From Chitinophaga pinensis (GTDB taxonomy: Bacteria > Bacteroidota > Bacteroidia > Bacteroidales > GCA-2748055), in the NCBI GenBank assembly GCA_945863035.1, contig CAMAZH010000001.1, positions 42 through 64,041 of the forward strand: a stretch of DNA of 64,000 bases, written 5' to 3'. The position numbers were made by a program, and so were the translations under genes. The stretch's first letter is position 1. The number at the start of each line of letters is the position of its first letter. Positions 1-9,631 of this stretch are shown piece after piece. The notes under the pieces are model-generated. The model was not told where the DNA came from and did not search any database. It saw nothing but the letters and a program-made list of their open reading frames with translations.

Positions 1-2117
1 GGATCAATTTCACCGATGTAGTTGACTTCATCCCAATCCCTGATCCCAATAACCTGTTTGTATTGATCAAATACCGATTCTTCATTGGCTCTTCCGGCAG
101 CCTGATAGACATACCAAACCGGTTTCGCTCCACCGGGATCAGTTTCATCATCCGGAAAACGTCGCAACCCGATTCTTAAGCCACCCTCACCCCGGTGATC
201 GAACCAATTATGCCATTGGAATCCATCGATTCCGTCCAGGTTTTTCATTTTTTTCCAGGCATAGGCAAAACCTGCGGCTTGTTCTTTTAAATCCTGATCG
301 GAATAAGTTCTTGAATTGGTACCATTTTCGGAAAGCCACAGAGTCCGTTTAATCTTTCCCTGGTAAAGTGCTTCGGGCTGCTTGATCCAGGCATCCAAAA
401 CCTCAAGGTTTTTAAAGGTTATCAGAGGGGAATTGAAATCGAAGGTCACCTTGTTGTCCAACCAGGTTTTTGGTTCGAAAAGATCTTCGGGATAGGGGTG
501 CTGAGCCACGGCCCACTTAAAATCGCCTTCAGCTTTGGTGTATTCCAACAAGATTTCCATAAGGTCTTTGGAAGGGTAAAAATTAGGATGCGAGGTCCAG
601 GCCCAGTAATGGGTAAGAGTAACAAAAACCTCTGAATAGGGATTGTAGGATCGGGCAATATTGTAACACATCCGCATGGATTTGATATAGGTATCCATAA
701 AAACCAATGCTGTTTTGTCCCCTGCATTTGTCCAGACCCATCCCGCATCGACTTCATTGTGCATAATCCAGTGATTGCATCGGCCATATTTTTTATCGGG
801 ACGGCTGTAGCGGCTTGCCAGGAAATCAAGTGCCGCAGCATAACATTCAACGCTTTCAGGATTGGTCATATTCGGCATGGCATAAATACCCGCAGGATCG
901 CAGTCGGGATGTTGGAGCAACCTTCCGATTTCCGGATCGGCACAATTCTCGATTTTGTCGATAAGCAGAATTGCCGCGGTAATTATATTTCTCTGCGCAG
1001 TGGTTCTGAAAGTTGAATCGAAGACATCAACATTTTCCTTGTCGAAATAATACGACCGGCCATTATAATTATGTTCAATCCGGCCCGGTCCCGGCTTACT
1101 GTGCATGAAGCGGGTAATCCAGATATTTACCGTGGCGCTGGTGATATCCAACTCTTCAAGATCCTCGATATGTCCCCTTCCTGTGCTGAATCCCCCAAGT
1201 CCTTTCCTGCTGCTGGCTTTTTCTTCGGGAAGACTGTTTATGGCGAAAATTTTATCGGCATAACGGGCATTAGATACAAGTGAGAAACCTTGAGGTCCTT
1301 TTTGTGCCAGAACCCATTTGGAAAGAAGCCGATCGTAGCTCACCCCGTCTTTTTTCACGAATCGATCGGAGGATATGCTGAACTTATTTGTCTTCACCGG
1401 AATGACGGAGGCAAAAGACTGTTCTTCGGTAACATCCTGGTAAGGTGTGACTTCGCAAAGGAAAAGGTTGGCGGTTGAAGAAGCAGTCCCTGAAATGGTT
1501 AGTTTGTTTTCTCCCACTTCAATTTTTTCCAGGGAGGAAGAATAATCAAAGGACAGGTAGTTCTTCAGATTTGTTTCGAGGATTGCTTCTTTCTTTTTTC
1601 TCTCTTCATAGCTGGCGGCCAGCTCTATTTCCCTTGAGGTTCTTGAGCGAATCCTGAGGTTTCGGATATGAACAGAAATCCCTGAAATGCTTCCAATGTC
1701 AAGCCGCAGGTAATCTCCCTGTTTTCCCCAGTTTTTAATATCCTTACCAAGATCAACAGAAAACTCAACCCAGCCTTCGGAAGGTGAGATACTACTAATC
1801 ATTTTAGAATGATTTACATCCAGAGGCGGACAAAAAAATATCTCGAGAAGATCGAGTCCGGATGGACAGAAATATTCAAATGACAGCACGTTGTTTTCAG
1901 GATCGACAGCCTGATTAAGGGGTTTGGTATATATCCAGGGATCATTTCCGGTGGTTTTTATTTCAATAATCAGCCCCTCCAATTCGGTAGCTGTCAGATC
2001 ATTTACATTGTTGGTTTCCAATAGGAGTATTGAAGATGAAATGATATGAGTATCTAGTCTTGCCCATCCCTGGAGAGAAAGTGCAGATAGAAGTAACAAA
2101 ATTGAAACGTGCTTCAT
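1..2117 (-). CDS. Partial CDS (first 705 codons; the C-terminus lies beyond the left window edge). Secreted clan GH-A-like (beta/alpha)8 glycoside hydrolase candidate with an N-terminal beta-sandwich module.
   Basis: This gene is absent from the supplied ORF track because it has no in-window stop. My own reverse-strand translation from the ATG at 2117 stays open to position 1. It begins MKHVSILLLLSALSLQGWA (signal peptide). It contains CNHWIMHNEVDAGW, whose GAA codon at 753-755 is in frame with 2117 (acid/base-type NE motif). It also contains KRTLWLSENG (nucleophile-type SE motif) and then FQWHNWFDH. Confidence 0.6.
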   Translation of the reverse strand, partial: MKHVSILLLLSALSLQGWARLDTHIISSSILLLETNNVNDLTATELEGLIIEIKTTGNDPWIYTKPLNQAVDPENNVLSFEYFCPSGLDLLEIFFCPPLDVNHSKMISSISPSEGWVEFSVDLGKDIKNWGKQGDYLRLDIGSISGISVHIRNLRIRSRTSREIELAASYEERKKKEAILETNLKNYLSFDYSSSLEKIEVGENKLTISGTASSTANLFLCEVTPYQDVTEEQSFASVIPVKTNKFSISSDRFVKKDGVSYDRLLSKWVLAQKGPQGFSLVSNARYADKIFAINSLPEEKASSRKGLGGFSTGRGHIEDLEELDITSATVNIWITRFMHSKPGPGRIEHNYNGRSYYFDKENVDVFDSTFRTTAQRNIITAAILLIDKIENCADPEIGRLLQHPDCDPAGIYAMPNMTNPESVECYAAALDFLASRYSRPDKKYGRCNHWIMHNEVDAGWVWTNAGDKTALVFMDTYIKSMRMCYNIARSYNPYSEVFVTLTHYWAWTSHPNFYPSKDLMEILLEYTKAEGDFKWAVAQHPYPEDLFEPKTWLDNKVTFDFNSPLITFKNLEVLDAWIKQPEALYQGKIKRTLWLSENGTNSRTYSDQDLKEQAAGFAYAWKKMKNLDGIDGFQWHNWFDHRGEGGLRIGLRRFPDDETDPGGAKPVWYVYQAAGRANEESVFDQYKQVIGIRDWDEVNYIGEID

Positions 2118-2556
2118 CTGTTTTTTTTTTAATTTTTACGTAAGAAGTCCAGATGAATGAGCTATAAATGAAAATAATGGTTCGAAGACAATTTATTATT
2201 CATAGCTATATCATGAACTGAAGTATTGATACTTATTTCTGGGTCCGGGGATGCGGTTTGACTGATCTGATTTGCATAACAAACATATATACCCCGATTC
2301 ACTGATTCAAATCATATTAACGATCATATTAAAAAATGGGCTCGGAATAGATTTAAGCAAGAAGATTATAAAATCTGAGAGTAAAATAACAAAATATCAG
2401 AAATAATAACGTTGTATTTAATGGGCTTTAGTTTGTGTTATTTGACCATTTGACTTTGTTACCGGAGCATCGAAATCATCATGCATGACAATTAATCCTT
2501 TAGCACAGCCAGATATTCCTTCTTTTATTATTTTGTTCCAGGAAGGAATAGTATTG

Positions 2557-4122
2557 TTATTCAATTTCAAATCCCTCAAACTTCAAAACCCAAGCATATT
2601 TGCAGGCTCGCTGAAATGGATATAAAGACGGAAAACTTACCGATACTCTATTGGATACAATTTCAAAATCCAAAGGCTGATCATAGCCCAAAAGGGAGAC
2701 TCTTGCATCCTTCTTTACATTCTTAAATACTGGCAGATTCAGATTCACATTCTCCGATGGCCAGCCCATTATTATGGCGTATAGCGTGTTTTCTTTGGTG
2801 GTGTAACGAATGTCTTTCTCCGAGAATATCAGAACCTCTCCGGTTCCATTTACAAGCCCTTCTCCAAAGTCCCTGAATGGCCTGGTTTCGTATATTGCTT
2901 CTCCGTTTACTTGAAGCCAGTCACCAATTTCAAGAAGTATATCTTTAATCCGTAAGGGAATTGCGCCATCAGCACGTGGGGTAATGTTCAGCAGGAAAGT
3001 CCCGTTCTTACTCACAATATCGATCAGTGTATGAATTAAAACTTCCGGAGATTTATAAACATCATCCGGTCTGTAGCTCCAGTTAATGCCGATGGTGCCA
3101 TCCGTTTGCCAGAAAGGGTAGGAAACTTTGTCTTCCCTATGGCGTTCAATATCCCTTACAATGGTTCCGGAAGGGAATGCGGCACGTTTTTCGTTGATGG
3201 CCACCTCTTTTCCCCACTCGACACCTCGGTTATAATAGTGAGCAGCTATTTTTTTACAGAATTCTTCACTCCGAGGGCCTTCCACACCTGCATCGAAATA
3301 AAGAATATCGGGTTTGTAATTATCAATGAGTTCTATGGTACGATGTAACTGTTCCGTTACAAACTGATTGCTTGGTTCGCTTTCAGTATCATGGGGTTTC
3401 CAGTAAAGGTTCCAATTATCCGGATTCGGCTCGGAGATGTCGAATTCCGGCTTGGCATCATAAAATTTCCAGTTCCATGCCCGATGCGAGGAAACCCCGA
3501 ATTTGAGGCCGTATTTATCTGCCGAACTATGCAGTTCACGGATAACATCCCGTTTCGGGCCTGAGTTGGCGGCATTTTTTATTGAAAAACTGCAGTCGTA
3601 CATCGGGTAACCATCATGATGTTCAGCAACCGGCATTACATATTTTGCCCCGCAGTTTAGGAAAAGCTCCATCCATTCATCAGGATTGAATTTTTCCGCC
3701 TTGAATAAAGGGATCAGGTCTTTATAACCGAAAATATTCTGTGGCCCGTAGGTATTTTTATGGTGGTCATATACCGTGGCCCATTCGGTGTTCTGTTGAT
3801 TCTGTTTTACAAGGTCTTCGGGTCTTTTATACATATAGAATCCATACCATTCTGTTATGTATTCGGGCACTACAGTCAGATACCAATGAATGAATATACC
3901 GAATTTTGCGTCTTTGTACCATTCAGGAATCTGGTATTGTTTTATGGACTCCCAATCGGGAGTATATTTCCCATCCAAGATAAGAGGAGGAGCATTGGTA
4001 ATTCTATTGGCTACAGACTTATCAAAAGCCTTAACTGCATCGATGCTGTCTTTGTTAATCTTTTGGGCTGAACAAATTATTGAGAACAGAACAAAAGGGA
4101 TGAGAAAATAAAGATTTTTCAT
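2557..4122 (-). CDS. alpha-L-fucosidase, GH29 family, secreted
   Basis: 521 aa with signal peptide MKNLYFLIPFVLFSIICSAQ. The GH29 hallmark block is present: YVMPVAEHHDGYPMYDCSF...GPKRDVIRELHSSADKYGLKFGVSSH. A C-terminal beta-sandwich follows. Confidence 0.9.
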   Translation of the reverse strand: MKNLYFLIPFVLFSIICSAQKINKDSIDAVKAFDKSVANRITNAPPLILDGKYTPDWESIKQYQIPEWYKDAKFGIFIHWYLTVVPEYITEWYGFYMYKRPEDLVKQNQQNTEWATVYDHHKNTYGPQNIFGYKDLIPLFKAEKFNPDEWMELFLNCGAKYVMPVAEHHDGYPMYDCSFSIKNAANSGPKRDVIRELHSSADKYGLKFGVSSHRAWNWKFYDAKPEFDISEPNPDNWNLYWKPHDTESEPSNQFVTEQLHRTIELIDNYKPDILYFDAGVEGPRSEEFCKKIAAHYYNRGVEWGKEVAINEKRAAFPSGTIVRDIERHREDKVSYPFWQTDGTIGINWSYRPDDVYKSPEVLIHTLIDIVSKNGTFLLNITPRADGAIPLRIKDILLEIGDWLQVNGEAIYETRPFRDFGEGLVNGTGEVLIFSEKDIRYTTKENTLYAIIMGWPSENVNLNLPVFKNVKKDARVSLLGYDQPLDFEIVSNRVSVSFPSLYPFQRACKYAWVLKFEGFEIE

Positions 4123-4233
4123 TCGGAAATAATTGAGTTATATTATTGTGTGCTAAATTGTTTCTCATGTAACCCACATGTATGTGATTTTGTCATAATG
4201 GTCTGAGAATCATTATTTGGAAAACTGTTTTAT

Positions 4234-4271
4234 AAAGTAAAGCTGTCTTATTTTTAAGACAGCTTTACTTT
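4234..4271 (-). terminator. Perfect 17-bp stem / 4-nt loop hairpin between two minus-strand genes
   Basis: aaagtaaagctgtctta (4234-4250), loop tttt, taagacagctttacttt (4255-4271) form an exact inverted repeat. It lies 70 nt downstream of the stop at 4342. A U-tract is convincing only on the plus-strand reading. Confidence 0.45.
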
Positions 4272-4341
4272 TTGTGTGAATACTTAATTCTGGGTCAGAA
4301 ATCCTGCTAAGGATATCCAATGAAACTACCTGAAATAGCAA

Positions 4342-6129
4342 CTATTGTTTGACAAGTTTCATTGAGTAGTCGTAATCATTACTGGTCACTATTTTAAGGA
4401 TATATATACCCTTATTCAGACCAGAAATATTAATGTTCTTATGAATCAGATTCTGAGATTCCAGATTCATTACCAACTTACCAGTAACGTCAAAAACGTT
4501 TACATTTTTCAATGACTGCTCACAGTTGATCTGAATCAAATCATTAGCCGGGTTAGGATAAATGCTAATGTTTTTAGCCTGGATAATATTCTTAACACCA
4601 GTAGTGATTGTATACTTAGATTCATTTAATGATAAAATATGTGCTTCAATCTGTGTTTTTTCAGATTCCCATCTTGCTTTTTGTTCAGGGAACCAGTTCA
4701 AATCACCAAGAGGCAAACCTTCAATTGAAGCGTTAAGAAGCTCTGGATTGGAATATTTACCATTGAATCTTGGCCATACAGTTGGGTATTCTGAATTTGG
4801 AGTCCCTGCCCAGCGGTCAACATCCCAGTTATAACTGGGCGCTTCTGATTGCTGCATTCCTGCTTCACCAAATAAAACGGTTTTATACCAGTTTATTACA
4901 TTGAGATACATACTGTCATTCATCTGATTAATCACGGGGTCTAAATACCCGGGATCCTTATCATACCAGTTATTATTGTATTTCATATATGGCCAGTTGG
5001 TTTTATCTGCAAGAATTTTTGCTTCACGACTGGAATCTGCCGGACTTGCAACCGGGAAACTTGCATAATCCTGAGGTGCGTCATTGTTCCAAAGCATTGG
5101 AATTAAATATAATGGCGATTTATCATTTTCTGCAGAATATTTGGGGATTTTCTTCAATTGAGGAGAATTGTACTGCAAGTTATATTGCCAAAACATTTTT
5201 CTGTCAGAAGGTAGTGATTCGTTGGTTACTACTCCATCTGTGTCAACACTGTAAGCAGTATCGATTGCGGTCAAACTAAGCATCCTGTTTCCCTTGGTTG
5301 TGTAGTCCGGGAAAAACTGGCCCCAGGCATACATCTGGGCAAAAATGCTCATGTCATGCAAAAGGTTATTGGTAAAGAAAAAGTCCTTGTCATTGTAGGT
5401 TTTCTTAATCCATACATCATGCCAGATAAAGGTATTGTGGTTAACCCAGATAAATTTGTTCTGCATATTTGAGTGGAAATCGCCATTTATAAAGTCCTGG
5501 CCGGAAGAAATAAAAGAATTGTTTTCAACCCAGATGGTGTCATATTTTGCATAGCCACCAAACAATCCGCCATCATTTGGCCCTAAAACATGCCCATGTC
5601 TTAAAACAAGGTTATTTGTGAAAAACCACTTTGAACCGTTTGCAGGAATATCCGCAAAAACAGTATTGTTAATACCGGCTGGATCAATAACACACTTGTC
5701 GATAACAACCTTTACGGGTGCATTCAGTGTCATCATACCTGCTCCTGCAATGCCTTCAAAGTCCTGAAGTGATAAAAACAGATTTTTCAAAGTAATATCA
5801 GAATAGACGTTGAAAATATTGGGAAAAACGCTACCATCAGAAGCATTTCCAACCTGTATTATTGCAGGCATTTCATTGGTTTCTTCTCCGATAAGAACCA
5901 GAGCTTTTCCAGCACCTTTCAGAGTGGTTTCATTTACTTCGATAATACTCTGGCAACCATACCAGGCACCAGCCTCAAGCTTATAGACAACATCTCCGCC
6001 ATTGGCAGTTATTGCTGCTTCCAACGTCCCTAAACCGGGAGCAACCGTAATAGTATCGGATGCATTTATAACATTAGGGGCAAGAAAAAACAAAGCGGAA
6101 ACAATACTTAGATAGTTTAATACTTTCAT
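4342..6129 (-). CDS. T9SS-secreted protein with a beta-helix-like repeat region (candidate polysaccharide lyase, hydrolase or surface glycan binder)
   Basis: 595 aa with an N-terminal signal peptide. Asn-rich repeat turns are present (FFTNNLVLRHGH, VENNSFISSG, VNHNTFIW, FFTNNLLHD). A type-A T9SS C-terminal domain follows (ISIYPNPANDLIQI...GIYILKIVTSNDYDYSMKLVKQ). It lies directly downstream of the TonB-dependent receptor gene. Confidence 0.6.
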   Translation of the reverse strand: MKVLNYLSIVSALFFLAPNVINASDTITVAPGLGTLEAAITANGGDVVYKLEAGAWYGCQSIIEVNETTLKGAGKALVLIGEETNEMPAIIQVGNASDGSVFPNIFNVYSDITLKNLFLSLQDFEGIAGAGMMTLNAPVKVVIDKCVIDPAGINNTVFADIPANGSKWFFTNNLVLRHGHVLGPNDGGLFGGYAKYDTIWVENNSFISSGQDFINGDFHSNMQNKFIWVNHNTFIWHDVWIKKTYNDKDFFFTNNLLHDMSIFAQMYAWGQFFPDYTTKGNRMLSLTAIDTAYSVDTDGVVTNESLPSDRKMFWQYNLQYNSPQLKKIPKYSAENDKSPLYLIPMLWNNDAPQDYASFPVASPADSSREAKILADKTNWPYMKYNNNWYDKDPGYLDPVINQMNDSMYLNVINWYKTVLFGEAGMQQSEAPSYNWDVDRWAGTPNSEYPTVWPRFNGKYSNPELLNASIEGLPLGDLNWFPEQKARWESEKTQIEAHILSLNESKYTITTGVKNIIQAKNISIYPNPANDLIQINCEQSLKNVNVFDVTGKLVMNLESQNLIHKNINISGLNKGIYILKIVTSNDYDYSMKLVKQ

Positions 6130-6235
6130 AATTGTTAAGTTTAGTAATTAATAAATAATGTGATTTAAAAATGAGTACATCGATTATTAAAACAACTGAT
6201 TGTAATTCTCTGTCAACCTCCTTTCTATTAATTTG

Positions 6236-9200
6236 TTAAAATGTATACCTGAATCCGAAATCACTTGTCCATCCATAATTCTCAAGGAAATTCGGTCGGG
6301 TTTCCCCTTTGAATATTGTTTGTTCCTGAATATTATTGATATTTGAAACATTGAACAGCATATCCAGTCCTTTGATAGGTAAGCCCCATTTTCCCTGAAG
6401 ACCCCAGAGGGTGAATGCTATTTTGGTCTGATCATATTCTTCCTGCCCGCCAATTCCTATCCACTGTTCTCCGATATATTGATAGGATAGCCACAGATCA
6501 AAGGTTTTATAACTAAATCCAAGGGATACGTTTGCCAGTTGTTTGGGCTGATTCAGCATGGGGCCTGTATAAGTGGAGTCCAGCCTGATCTTCTCATAAA
6601 TCGGCCGTCCCCGGTCTGTTACCCCAATCTGAATAATCTTCACTTCTGAGTATGGATAACTTGCTTCATTATGAATAAGTGAATAGTTGGCTGTTAAGGT
6701 AAAAAAGCTAAAGGGTTTGGGAAGGTACCAGAAATTCGTTTGCCATTCAATCTCAAATCCGCTTACAATAACATCTTCTTCATGATTATAGTAGGAGTTT
6801 ACATCATAGGCATCACTGTCTTTGAAATGAGTTGTGATCCTTTCATCTCCGGGTAATCGTTTCCATGTTCTTTGCCATACCTTATCCTGTACGTTTTTAT
6901 AAAAACCGTTTAATGATAGCAAACCCAATTTGTTACTATGGAATGCCACACCAAGATCATAATTTGTCCATCTTTCAGATTTAAGGCCAGGGTTTCCAAA
7001 TTCATATCCGAAAGGATCCAGATCGTCTTTAAGAAACTCGTAAGGGATAATGTAATTATAATTCGGACGATTAATGGTTTTAGTATAGGATAAATGAAGG
7101 TGCAACCATTTCAGAGGTTTATACTTTAAATGAACCATTGGAAGAATGAATTCATTTTGAGTGGTAGTGTCCTGCTTATATCCGGGAACCCTCAAACCTT
7201 CATCAATACTGGTATGTAGCCACCAACCCTCAAGCCAGTTATGCATTTTTTCATAACGGAAACCAGGGGTAAGTGTGAGTTTTTTTCCAACGTTGAGTTG
7301 TGTCATTATGTAACTTGCATAATAGGTTTCGTTGGTCTTATTATCGTTCATGGCACTTGGCTTGGGATCATAATATCCAATCATCCTCGGCTGACCGAAG
7401 ATTGTAAGCAGCCTGTCCATATTGGGATCATCCTTATACAGGTTCATGTAATAGCTTGTAATATCCTGCCACCACTGATACACTTCATTAAGACGATTTA
7501 CATCGGGATACCAGCCAAAATTGAATCCTCCCTGAAGGAATTCACCTTTTGTTCCTCCAACCATATCGGACATATACACGTTATTAAACTCATTCAGTTT
7601 CACCCAATCCAGAGCCCAATCGATACCATCCGGTGTTTGCTGAATACCTGAGATCAGTTTATGAAATGGAGGGCCTCCGAAAATCCGGACATCAGAGTCA
7701 AAATAGTGGTCTTTATATTTGAACTGGCCGCCAATTTTTAAATAACCTGCCAGCAAATTTGAGATTCTGTAAGGTATTTTAAAATTCAGGTGGGAAGAGT
7801 AGCGATTTTCGCCAAGATCATTAAAATAGTCACTTCCAGGCCCAGCCATTCCAAAGTTCTTTAGGTTTTCTTCTGTTGGATCATCATCGGCCATTTCAAT
7901 AAGTTCGGATAAGGATAGCTCGTGTCGTAATTCCGAGGTTATCGATTCGGAGTATCCACGCATATTATTTATACCAAAACTTCTTGCTTCGTTATTGCTT
8001 TTGGAGAGTGAATAGGATACACCATAATCAATTTCCAATATTCCCAGGTTATGCAGACCGTTTAGAGTTCCGGAATACAAATAGGATTCATCTTTTATAA
8101 GGTCATGCACATTAATAGAAGTATTAGCCCCCTTCGGATTGAAATTTTTGCTGATGTTGGTATGCTCGCTGGGTGTATAAGCAAAGAAGTTGGAAAATTC
8201 AATGCTTGACATGGGTGAAAACCGGTAATCAAAAACCAGAGAGCCGGAGTTTCTGTATTTAAACTGTTGAATATCATTCAGCCCAATGTTGGTAACACGC
8301 ATAGGTTCGTATTCTCCATCCGGAGCAGTATTGGTGGTAATTTCATAACCAGCAGTCATCAGATGGGTGCTACGGTTAACCTTTTCCGAGGAAACATTGA
8401 AGTCGACTCCGAATTTCTGATTCAGGAATCGATTACTGAGACTTGCATTGAACTTATAGTTTCCAAAATAGTTATTTTGGGCATTATACCCGCCCTGAGC
8501 CATTACGCTGCTATTAAAACCATCGGGGGCAGTTCTTAATTTCATATTTACCGCTCCAGAGACGGTATTTGCATCCATGTCGGGAGTAATGGTTTTGAAC
8601 ACCTCAATACCCTGCAGGGAATACTGGGAAACTCCGCTGAGATTAGCGCTTCGGCCTACACCACTATTGGAAGGCAACTCAATTCCATTTAGCATCACGG
8701 TATTGTATTGGGGAGCCAGCCCTCTGATTACGATATCACTGGCCTCTCCACCTGAACGGGTAACAGATATCCCGGGAAGTCTTCCCAGTGCTTCTGTTGC
8801 GTTGGCATCCGGATTAGACTGAATCCTGTCGGAGGCAACTACGTTCTTTACGTTTATTGAAGACAGTTGCTGGTTAATAGCTTGCAATTGTCCCTTAGCC
8901 TGAGTAGTAATAACGATTTCTTCCAGATCCAAAGATTGGTGTTCCATTTGGATGTCGATATTCACATTCGCATCGGGGCCGACCTGTACCTTCAATTCCT
9001 GGGTTTTGTAACCCACATAGATAACAGAGATAACATAGGTTCCTTCGGCAATGGGAGAAAGCATAAAAAAACCACCCAGATCAGAGGATGCGCCAATCTG
9101 AGTTTTAAGTGGGACTTCTGCCCCATTAATAATCTTCTTCGAAATAATAATGTTCGCAAAAGAAAGCGGCTCCCCTGACTCATCGGTAATGCGGCCGCTT

Positions 9201-9289
9201 ATGGAACCTGCCGCAAAAACAAGAGTGGTGTTAACCAATAATAATAAGCAAACAGCATTAAAAGCTATTCCAAATTTCCTCCATTTCAT
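6236..9289 (-). CDS. TonB-dependent receptor (carboxypeptidase-regulatory-like N-domain, plug and 22-strand-type barrel); not obviously SusC-type and has no SusD partner
   Basis: 1017 aa. SISGRITDESGEPLSFANIIIS matches a CarboxypepD_reg-like domain. The plug block is DANATEALGRLPGISVTRSGGEASDIVIRGLAPQYNTVMLNG. The C-terminus ends in an aromatic residue (...FGFRYTF). Confidence 0.85.
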   Translation of the reverse strand: MKWRKFGIAFNAVCLLLLVNTTLVFAAGSISGRITDESGEPLSFANIIISKKIINGAEVPLKTQIGASSDLGGFFMLSPIAEGTYVISVIYVGYKTQELKVQVGPDANVNIDIQMEHQSLDLEEIVITTQAKGQLQAINQQLSSINVKNVVASDRIQSNPDANATEALGRLPGISVTRSGGEASDIVIRGLAPQYNTVMLNGIELPSNSGVGRSANLSGVSQYSLQGIEVFKTITPDMDANTVSGAVNMKLRTAPDGFNSSVMAQGGYNAQNNYFGNYKFNASLSNRFLNQKFGVDFNVSSEKVNRSTHLMTAGYEITTNTAPDGEYEPMRVTNIGLNDIQQFKYRNSGSLVFDYRFSPMSSIEFSNFFAYTPSEHTNISKNFNPKGANTSINVHDLIKDESYLYSGTLNGLHNLGILEIDYGVSYSLSKSNNEARSFGINNMRGYSESITSELRHELSLSELIEMADDDPTEENLKNFGMAGPGSDYFNDLGENRYSSHLNFKIPYRISNLLAGYLKIGGQFKYKDHYFDSDVRIFGGPPFHKLISGIQQTPDGIDWALDWVKLNEFNNVYMSDMVGGTKGEFLQGGFNFGWYPDVNRLNEVYQWWQDITSYYMNLYKDDPNMDRLLTIFGQPRMIGYYDPKPSAMNDNKTNETYYASYIMTQLNVGKKLTLTPGFRYEKMHNWLEGWWLHTSIDEGLRVPGYKQDTTTQNEFILPMVHLKYKPLKWLHLHLSYTKTINRPNYNYIIPYEFLKDDLDPFGYEFGNPGLKSERWTNYDLGVAFHSNKLGLLSLNGFYKNVQDKVWQRTWKRLPGDERITTHFKDSDAYDVNSYYNHEEDVIVSGFEIEWQTNFWYLPKPFSFFTLTANYSLIHNEASYPYSEVKIIQIGVTDRGRPIYEKIRLDSTYTGPMLNQPKQLANVSLGFSYKTFDLWLSYQYIGEQWIGIGGQEEYDQTKIAFTLWGLQGKWGLPIKGLDMLFNVSNINNIQEQTIFKGETRPNFLENYGWTSDFGFRYTF

Positions 9290-9442
9290 AGTTATGCTTT
9301 TTGTTTGAATTAGTAAACTCCTTTTTGAATTTGTTAAATTTGATTAGAAGACTTTTCAAAAAACGTTTAAATGCTTCACTGAATTAAGTCTGCATTGAAC
9401 CCATTTTAATAACGAATTACTTAATAATTATCCTGGTAATTA

Positions 9443-9473
9443 TTTAAAAATTGCTCAGATTCTTTAAAAATTG
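9443..9473 (-). promoter_or_regulatory. Candidate operator: 11-bp direct repeat TTTAAAAATTG x2 with a 20-bp period, upstream of the TonB-receptor operon
   Basis: Exact copies lie at 9443-9453 and 9463-9473, in the 342-bp gap between the HTCS stop (9632) and the receptor start (9289). The sequence is AT-rich, so chance occurrence is not excluded. Confidence 0.25.
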
Positions 9474-9631
9474 TTTCAAAATGGAATTTCATATGTATTA
9501 AGGAATCCTTTATAACATATTAAGAGCAGACTATTCACTTAAGATGATTACAAAGAACTTAAGAGGATGTTTCTGTAGAAAAAAGCTCGGGTTTTTTGGA
9601 ATTGGATTGCTGATTTATTGCGTTTTTCTTA

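Noticed and set aside
2121-2130. T10 homopolymers lie immediately upstream of minus-strand start codons (2121-2130 before the start at 2117; 47235-47244 before the start at 47221). I considered them as slipped-strand phase-variation switches.
   Set aside because: They lie in the 5' leader, not in the coding sequence or between -33/-7 boxes. A-rich leaders are the normal translation-initiation context in Bacteroidota, which largely lack Shine-Dalgarno pairing. There is no evidence of length variation from a single sequence.
2513-2549. An 8-bp inverted repeat (attccttc / gaaggaat) lies just downstream of the GH29 stop, considered as a terminator.
   Set aside because: The stem is short and AT-rich, the loop is 22 nt, and there is no U-tract on the transcribed strand. 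It is too weak to annotate.
7241-7651. Many 60-160-aa ORFs lie antisense to, or out of frame with, the large genes. Examples are 7241-7651, 15309-15788, 36347-36763, 31672-32067, 23787-24215 and 52829-53158.
   Set aside because: They lie wholly inside long ORFs that have strong family motifs, and they have low-complexity or odd composition and no recognisable motifs. I treat them as shadow ORFs.
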